From assembly GCA_963772835.1 (NCBI GenBank), contig CAVYYZ010000019.1, forward strand, positions 1 to 12,561: a stretch of DNA of 12,561 nt, in the 5' to 3' direction. Shown in pieces: positions 7,578-12,561 of the stretch. Numbering within the stretch: position 1 is the stretch's first letter; each line of letters begins with the position of its first letter. The DNA is from an uncultured delta proteobacterium. GTDB lineage: Bacteria > Desulfobacterota > Desulfuromonadia > Geobacterales > Pseudopelobacteraceae. The translations under genes and the position numbers were made by a program. The notes under the pieces were generated by a model, which did not search any database, was not told the origin of the DNA, and saw only the letters and a program-made list of their open reading frames with translations.

Positions 7578-7846
7578 GGCGCTGTTTTGTTCGTGCGGAC
7601 CTCTCCGGGCGGTACCGGCTGTGCCACATCGGGCTGTACAGACTGTTCCGTCTGAAAGGGTAGGCGACTCCCGTCGCTTAACTTCGGAGCCTCCTCGATA
7701 AGCTGCCAGTTTTTACCGATCGGTACGACCAGGGGCTGAGCCGCCGTAACTGCCGGAACCGGGGTCGATTGTCGTGTGTCATACATGCTGCATGAACATA
7801 GAAGCAAAAATGGTGTGGAAAGTACTGCCAAACGTAAGATATTCAT
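7574..7846 (-). CDS. Small Pro-rich hypothetical lipoprotein (90 aa)
   Basis: SD AAGGAG at 7854-7859; lipobox-like LLLCS-C; stop overlaps the hydrolase start (ATGA). Confidence 0.75.
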   Translation of the reverse strand: MNILRLAVLSTPFLLLCSCSMYDTRQSTPVPAVTAAQPLVVPIGKNWQLIEEAPKLSDGSRLPFQTEQSVQPDVAQPVPPGEVRTNKTAP

Positions 7847-7915
7847 TACAGGGCTCCTTTAATGTGGTGAAACAGTATGAACCGCGCCTGAAGGTAACTG
7901 CCGGTCCGGTTGTGG

Positions 7916-9157
7916 TTATTGTCCCTCAACCTGAGCCATATCCTGCACGACAAATCTGCCGCAGATAAAACAGAGCAGGCCGGCCAGCAGCATGGCACCA
8001 GGGGTTATCAGGAGGGCTCTCTGCAGGCCCCACTGATCAGACAACCAGCCGAGGATGGAGGGGGAAACCGCGTCACCCAGGGCATGAATAAAAAAGATGT
8101 TGACCGCAAAGGCCATGGCACGGACGGCAGGATTGGTTACATTGATAATAACAGTATTAAGCGGGCCGGTGTTGAGAAAGAGAAAAAACTCGGCAATAAA
8201 AATTGCCGACATACACGATGTCAAACCGGGGGCGAGGATGGCCCAAATTGCAAAAGGGGTGCCGATCAGGAACCCCCAGCCGGAGAGCAGCAGATACCCT
8301 TTGCCGCTCTTTTTTTGCCAGCGGTCGCCGAGCCAGCCGCCAACAAGGGTGCCAAGTATTCCCGCCAGCACAGTGGTCGCACCGAACAGCATGTTCCCGC
8401 GTGCCACACCAAGAAAATGGATGCGGTTCAGGAACGAAGGGATCCACTGGGCGAGTCCCCCGATGGCGAAGGTCATTGCCGCCATCGCAAGGGTATTGCA
8501 GACAAACGAGCGGTTCCTGAACAGGGCTGCATATCCCGAGGAAACCTTTACTCCGGGCGCCGTCGACACATCTTCGCCGCCGCGAGGGGGAGTACGCAAA
8601 AGCGCGATGGGAACAGCCAGCAGCAGGCCGGGCACTCCGACCAGCAGAAACGCGGTATGCCAGCCGTATCGCTGCCCCAGCAGACCGCCAAGGAGGTAGC
8701 CCAGTGCGCTGCCGACCGGTATAGCGACATAAAACCATGCGAGAACCCGACCGCGGCGCTCCTTCGGGAAAAAATCGGAGATCAAACCGGGCGACACTGT
8801 CCCGAAGCTCGCTTCTCCAATCCCGACAGTAGCGCGGGCTGCCATCAGGGTCCGGTATCCCGGGGCAAAACCTGCCAGGGCTGTAGCCAGACTCCAGAGG
8901 ACAAGGCCACCGGATGCAAGCCTGGTCCTGCTCCAATGGTCACCGAGCCAGCCGAAGAGCGGAGCGAAGAGCAGATAACTGAGCATGAAGGCGCTGCCGA
9001 GAAACCCGAGCGCCGTATCGGAGAGACGCAGATCGATTTTTATCAGGGGGAATACCGCGAAGAGCACCTGCCGGTCGATGTAATTAAGCAGGTTCACCGC
9101 AAGAAGGAGCCCGAGCGCGTAGTGGCGGTAGGATTGCGAAAGCGGTTTTGCGCTCAC
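7916..9157 (-). CDS. Spinster (Spns)-family MFS transporter
   Basis: About 12 hydrophobic segments; Spns-type motifs NLLNYIDRQ, GWLGDHWSR, VGIGEASF, SDFFPKERRGRVLAWFYVAIPVGSALGY and IHALGDAVSP. GTG start overlaps the MscS stop (GTGA). Confidence 0.88.
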   Translation of the reverse strand: MSAKPLSQSYRHYALGLLLAVNLLNYIDRQVLFAVFPLIKIDLRLSDTALGFLGSAFMLSYLLFAPLFGWLGDHWSRTRLASGGLVLWSLATALAGFAPGYRTLMAARATVGIGEASFGTVSPGLISDFFPKERRGRVLAWFYVAIPVGSALGYLLGGLLGQRYGWHTAFLLVGVPGLLLAVPIALLRTPPRGGEDVSTAPGVKVSSGYAALFRNRSFVCNTLAMAAMTFAIGGLAQWIPSFLNRIHFLGVARGNMLFGATTVLAGILGTLVGGWLGDRWQKKSGKGYLLLSGWGFLIGTPFAIWAILAPGLTSCMSAIFIAEFFLFLNTGPLNTVIINVTNPAVRAMAFAVNIFFIHALGDAVSPSILGWLSDQWGLQRALLITPGAMLLAGLLCFICGRFVVQDMAQVEGQ

Positions 9158-11532
9158 GTGACCACCTCGACGCGAAGCGGCTGAAGAGTCTGGAGATGTA
9201 TGTCACGCTGCGGGAATGCTATGGAAATTTGCTCTTCAGCGAAGCGCTGGTCGATCATGAAGCGGAGATCACTGGCCACCTGCAGCGGGTTTGTCTCCGG
9301 GCCATGCTCTACCCAGAAATAGAGCGCAAAAACCAGGGCATTGTCACCGAAATCCTCTAAAAGGGCTTCAGGCGTCGGGTCCTTCAGTATCTGGCCATGT
9401 TCTTTTCCGCACTCGACAAGAATGTCTCGCACCCGTTTTGTCGGCGAACCGTAGGCTACCCCGACCCGCACAATCCGACGCAGACAGGTATTGGTGTGAG
9501 TCCAGTTGGTTACCTTGTTCTCAAGAAACATCGAGTTTGGAATTACCGTCTCAACGCCATCGAAACCGAGAATGGTCGAGGCCCTGATATCTACCGTGAC
9601 AACCCTCCCCACCACGCCATCCACATCAATTGTGTCCCCTACTTTAACATTGCGCTCCAACAGAATCAGAATGCCGCATATGAAATTTTTGATCAGTGTC
9701 TGGGTGCCGAAACCGACTCCGATGGCCAATGCACCGCCCATGAAGGCAAAAACGGTGAGGGGAATGCGCGCCAGGTTGAGTGTGATGATCAGCAAAATGA
9801 AAACGGTCAGCGCCAGTAACCAGCGGCGAATGACATTGGCCTGATGCTCGCCGACACGGAAGCGTGCAACCATAATCCGCTGGGCTCTGCGCCCTAAAAA
9901 CGCCGCTATCAGGTAGCCGGCGATAAAAAGCAGGATCGCGCCAATACTCTTGCCAACCGTGACTCCCCGTGAAGTGACAACCTTCTGTCCCGCAACCTCC
10001 ACAGTATCTTCGACGGCGAACAACTCAAAGCGCCACACATGCTGAAAAATATCGACAAAAATTCCGGCGCCGTTTTTAAACCTGGCCGAGAAGCTGCGTG
10101 ACTGCTGGACCCGTTCAATATCCTCCAGCCACGATTGACGGTCGAGATCAGCCTGTTCGACGGCGGTTTTCTGACGCTCAGCCAGTTGCCGTTGCACGCG
10201 TATCGCCGCAAGCAGATCCCGTTCTGCTGAGCGTAACGGGCTTCGCTCGTCGATCTTGCTCAACTGTGATTCCTGCTCACGCTCGGCTGCCTGATACAGT
10301 TCCAGTTGTTGTTGCGTATACTCCAGCCAGGGCTTGAGCTGCTCCCGACTCTTGCGTAATTCGGTGAGAATAGCGCGCTGTTCTTCAGCATCTTTTCCCG
10401 TTACAGCGGTATAGCGCTTTTCCCATAATGTGGAGGTCGACTTGTTGATCGCGATGAGTGCCGAGACGACCTCGGTCTCGAAACGCGAACTCTCCACCCG
10501 GGCCAGGGCGGCACGATTTCGGGCTTCAAACCCCTTACGCCGTGCCTCTATCGCCGGGGAATTGTCACCTGTGCCGTAACGAAGAGTGAACGAGTTCAGT
10601 TCCTGCTGCGTCCGCACCAGTGTGCTCCTGCTGCGCGCGTCGCGAACCAGTGACCCCTCCAGTTCCTGTTCGAGGCTAAAGCGGCCCGACTTCAACCGGG
10701 TCAGAGCCTGGTTCAGGTCTGCCTTGCTGAAAACCATGCTCTTTCTGGCTTCCGCAAGTTGCCGCTCCAGCAGACCGACCTCTAACCCTGCAACTCCAAG
10801 TCGCTCGCCAATCACCTCATACCGCAAGGCTATCGACACCGCCATGGCGTCGGCATTACGAGCTGTCAGCCCCGCGCGTTCCTTTTGCCACGAAGCGGTC
10901 AATCTCTCTCCGGGTGACTGAGCCTTCTCAAGCTCGTCGGCTGCCTGGCGTTCCACTTCCTGAGCATGCTGTGCCGATTCCCTGTATTGTGAAGCCTGTT
11001 GGGCAAAAAGCTCCTCGTTTGTGCTGAGCCCCTGCTCCTTGGCGCGGGCAGTCAGAAGTGAGTGCATTAACTCGTCCACCATCAGAATTGAATATGGCGG
11101 CGGTTCCGGAAAACCGGACCAGCTCTTTACTTTTTGTTCGGCGGCAGTTCTGCTGCGTCGCAATGCTTCGCGTTCATTGATCATGCTGAGTTGAGAGCTG
11201 AGGCGGGTAACCATACCATCGAGGAGACGGTAGCGCTCTTTTGCATCCTGCCGGGAATTGCCGCGTGTGGCCGCGAACGCCCGGTCCCGCTCCGTCTCGG
11301 CTTTTTTCAGCGCGAGTCTGGTATTTTCCAGCTGCAGCTCGGGACTTACCGCTTTCGGTTCAGCACCGCTTTCCTGCTTCCCGGCCTGAGTGACACTCGA
11401 CAGTGTCGGTATCCCGGCAAAGGCGGGTGGGCATACCGAGAGGAATGACAGCAGCAATAATGGCGCGACCAAGGCGAACGTTCCCTTACAGCAGGACGGG
11501 AAAGCTTTAATGTGGATGATGAAATCAATCAT
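9154..11532 (-). CDS. MscS-family mechanosensitive channel with a long periplasmic coiled-coil N-terminus
   Basis: C-terminal MscS core: three TM helices, GGALAIGVGFGTQTLIKNFICG, VKVGDTI, VIPNS..VTNWT, VGVAYGS and ISIAFPQRDIHL. N-terminal signal peptide (..PPAFA/G) and a long Glu/Gln/Arg/Ala/Leu-rich helical region. SD AAGGA about 9 nt upstream. Confidence 0.92.
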   Translation of the reverse strand: MIDFIIHIKAFPSCCKGTFALVAPLLLLSFLSVCPPAFAGIPTLSSVTQAGKQESGAEPKAVSPELQLENTRLALKKAETERDRAFAATRGNSRQDAKERYRLLDGMVTRLSSQLSMINEREALRRSRTAAEQKVKSWSGFPEPPPYSILMVDELMHSLLTARAKEQGLSTNEELFAQQASQYRESAQHAQEVERQAADELEKAQSPGERLTASWQKERAGLTARNADAMAVSIALRYEVIGERLGVAGLEVGLLERQLAEARKSMVFSKADLNQALTRLKSGRFSLEQELEGSLVRDARSRSTLVRTQQELNSFTLRYGTGDNSPAIEARRKGFEARNRAALARVESSRFETEVVSALIAINKSTSTLWEKRYTAVTGKDAEEQRAILTELRKSREQLKPWLEYTQQQLELYQAAEREQESQLSKIDERSPLRSAERDLLAAIRVQRQLAERQKTAVEQADLDRQSWLEDIERVQQSRSFSARFKNGAGIFVDIFQHVWRFELFAVEDTVEVAGQKVVTSRGVTVGKSIGAILLFIAGYLIAAFLGRRAQRIMVARFRVGEHQANVIRRWLLALTVFILLIITLNLARIPLTVFAFMGGALAIGVGFGTQTLIKNFICGILILLERNVKVGDTIDVDGVVGRVVTVDIRASTILGFDGVETVIPNSMFLENKVTNWTHTNTCLRRIVRVGVAYGSPTKRVRDILVECGKEHGQILKDPTPEALLEDFGDNALVFALYFWVEHGPETNPLQVASDLRFMIDQRFAEEQISIAFPQRDIHLQTLQPLRVEVVT

Positions 11533-11584
11533 GCAATAATATCCTTGTAAGTTGCCGAAAGCTGACCGATAACGTGCACTACTT

Positions 11585-11899
11585 TTATTTTACAACCAGA
11601 TCGTTTTTCACCTCTTTGACCCCCGCAACGATTCCGGCGATTTCCCCTGCTATTTTCGCGTTCTGCGGCGAATCTACAAAACCGCTTAACTGAACAATCC
11701 CTTTGAATGTCTGAACTTCGATCTGCAACGACTTCAGCCTTAAATCATCGAAAATTCCTGTTTTTATCTTGGTTGTGATGGCGGAATCATCGATATACTG
11801 TCCGGTACTTTCTTTGCTTTGTGTGGCGTTGCATCCAAGAAATACGGTTATCAAACAGAGACAAACCAACAGTTTCGTAATACGCTTCATTTTTTTCAT
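11585..11899 (-). CDS. Single-BON-domain lipoprotein (OsmY-like)
   Basis: SD GGGGAGGT at 11905-11912; lipobox FLG-C; BON motifs IDDSAITTKIK, IEVQTFKGIVQLSGFV and VAGVKEVKNDL. Confidence 0.93.
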   Translation of the reverse strand: MKKMKRITKLLVCLCLITVFLGCNATQSKESTGQYIDDSAITTKIKTGIFDDLRLKSLQIEVQTFKGIVQLSGFVDSPQNAKIAGEIAGIVAGVKEVKNDLVVK

Positions 11900-11939
11900 G
11901 TGATACCTCCCCGGATTATGATTCTAAAAAAGGTGAATC

Positions 11940-11954
11940 GCAATTATCACGCCA
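11940..11954 (-). promoter_or_regulatory. sigma54 (RpoN) -24/-12 promoter for the BON-MscS-Spns-MlaYZ operon
   Basis: Minus strand TGGCGTGATAATTGC: TGGC..-N5-TTGC with exact GG-N10-GC spacing, 40 nt upstream of the BON start and correctly oriented. Confidence 0.75.
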
Positions 11955-12185
11955 GAAAAAACAAGCGGGCCGGAGGAGTTCAACAGTCTGATTGTACGGG
12001 GGAAAATGTAATCCGGGAGAGTTTGGTGCGGAAAAAACCCCTGTTGAAACCGTCATACCATACATAACTGTCATATGTGACGGGTTGCGTCGGGACATTT
12101 TTTACATATATCAAAAGAAGAGTTTTTACCCCCCTGGCAGATGCAAACCAGCCTGTTACAGCAGTCGTTCATCACGCACGGATGT

Positions 12186-12561
12186 TCATTCGTCCATGGC
12201 CTGGCTGTTTTCAGTAACGTACCCCGATATTCCCATCATCAATCGTAGTAAACCATAACTGAACCAGCTCATAAACCGGAATAAGACGGGCTGCTGCTTC
12301 CAGTTGTCTGACAGTATCCGTCTGCCATCATTCGCTACGGTCTTTTTCAAACGATCGGCAAGGGTCATGGCAAATTCTTTGTCGGCAACGACAATATTCG
12401 CCTCCCGGGAAAGGAGCAGGCTGAACGGATCGATATTCGAAGACCCCACTGTTGCCCAGTGTCCGTCGATGACCGCAACTTTTGCGTGCAGGAAACCCGT
12501 ACTGTATTCGTAAATTTCGATTCCTGCATCGAGAAAAGACCCGTACAGCGCACGCGAGGCA
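12186..12561 (-). CDS. clsB: Cardiolipin synthase B (PLD family), C-terminal part; starts beyond the right edge
   Basis: The frame stays open to the window edge: ASRALYGSFLDAGIEIYEYSTGFLHAKVAVIDGHWATVGSSNIDPFSLLLSREANIVV. HxKxxxxD...GSxN motif; the HWATVGSSN.DP.SL string is typical of ClsB/YbhO. Confidence 0.88.
   Translation of the reverse strand, partial: ASRALYGSFLDAGIEIYEYSTGFLHAKVAVIDGHWATVGSSNIDPFSLLLSREANIVVADKEFAMTLADRLKKTVANDGRRILSDNWKQQPVLFRFMSWFSYGLLRLMMGISGYVTENSQAMDE

Noticed and set aside
8097..8936. 200-aa (+) and 259-aa (-) alternative-frame ORFs inside the MFS gene
   Set aside because: Arg/Pro/Ser-rich off-frame reads expected in GC-rich coding DNA.
7910..9184. 424-aa plus-strand ORF spanning the MFS gene
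   Set aside because: Exact antisense shadow of a hydrophobic gene; no SD, no recognisable motifs, composition typical of a reverse-frame read.
1..12561. CRISPR arrays, tRNA/rRNA, transposases, integrases or phage/defence genes
   Set aside because: No spaced repeats, structural RNA signatures or relevant protein motifs were seen on either strand.

Overview
Gene-dense bacterial chromosomal window; the gene content resembles Geobacteraceae/Desulfuromonadia (inference, no search run). Left, minus strand: a Tat-signal DUF362-type protein followed by a NapH-like membrane polyferredoxin (partial). Next, plus strand: a small predicted outer-membrane beta-barrel and a 424-aa secreted hypothetical protein. 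Centre: a minus-strand pair (DUF2959-like coiled-coil lipoprotein and a 49-aa lmo0937-family membrane protein missing from the ORF track) behind a near-consensus sigma54 promoter, plus a divergent beta-rich lipoprotein. Right half, minus strand: cardiolipin synthase ClsB (partial), then a second sigma54 promoter leading BON lipoprotein > large MscS-family channel > Spinster-family MFS transporter > small lipoprotein > periplasmic alpha/beta-hydrolase (MlaY-like) > MlaA/VacJ lipoprotein (MlaZ-like), ending at a perfect 20-bp hairpin. The best candidate for an undescribed system is this operon, read as an outer-membrane phospholipid extract-hydrolyse-reimport pathway inside an apparent sigma54-controlled envelope-stress regulon. 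No rRNA, tRNA, CRISPR array or mobile element was seen.
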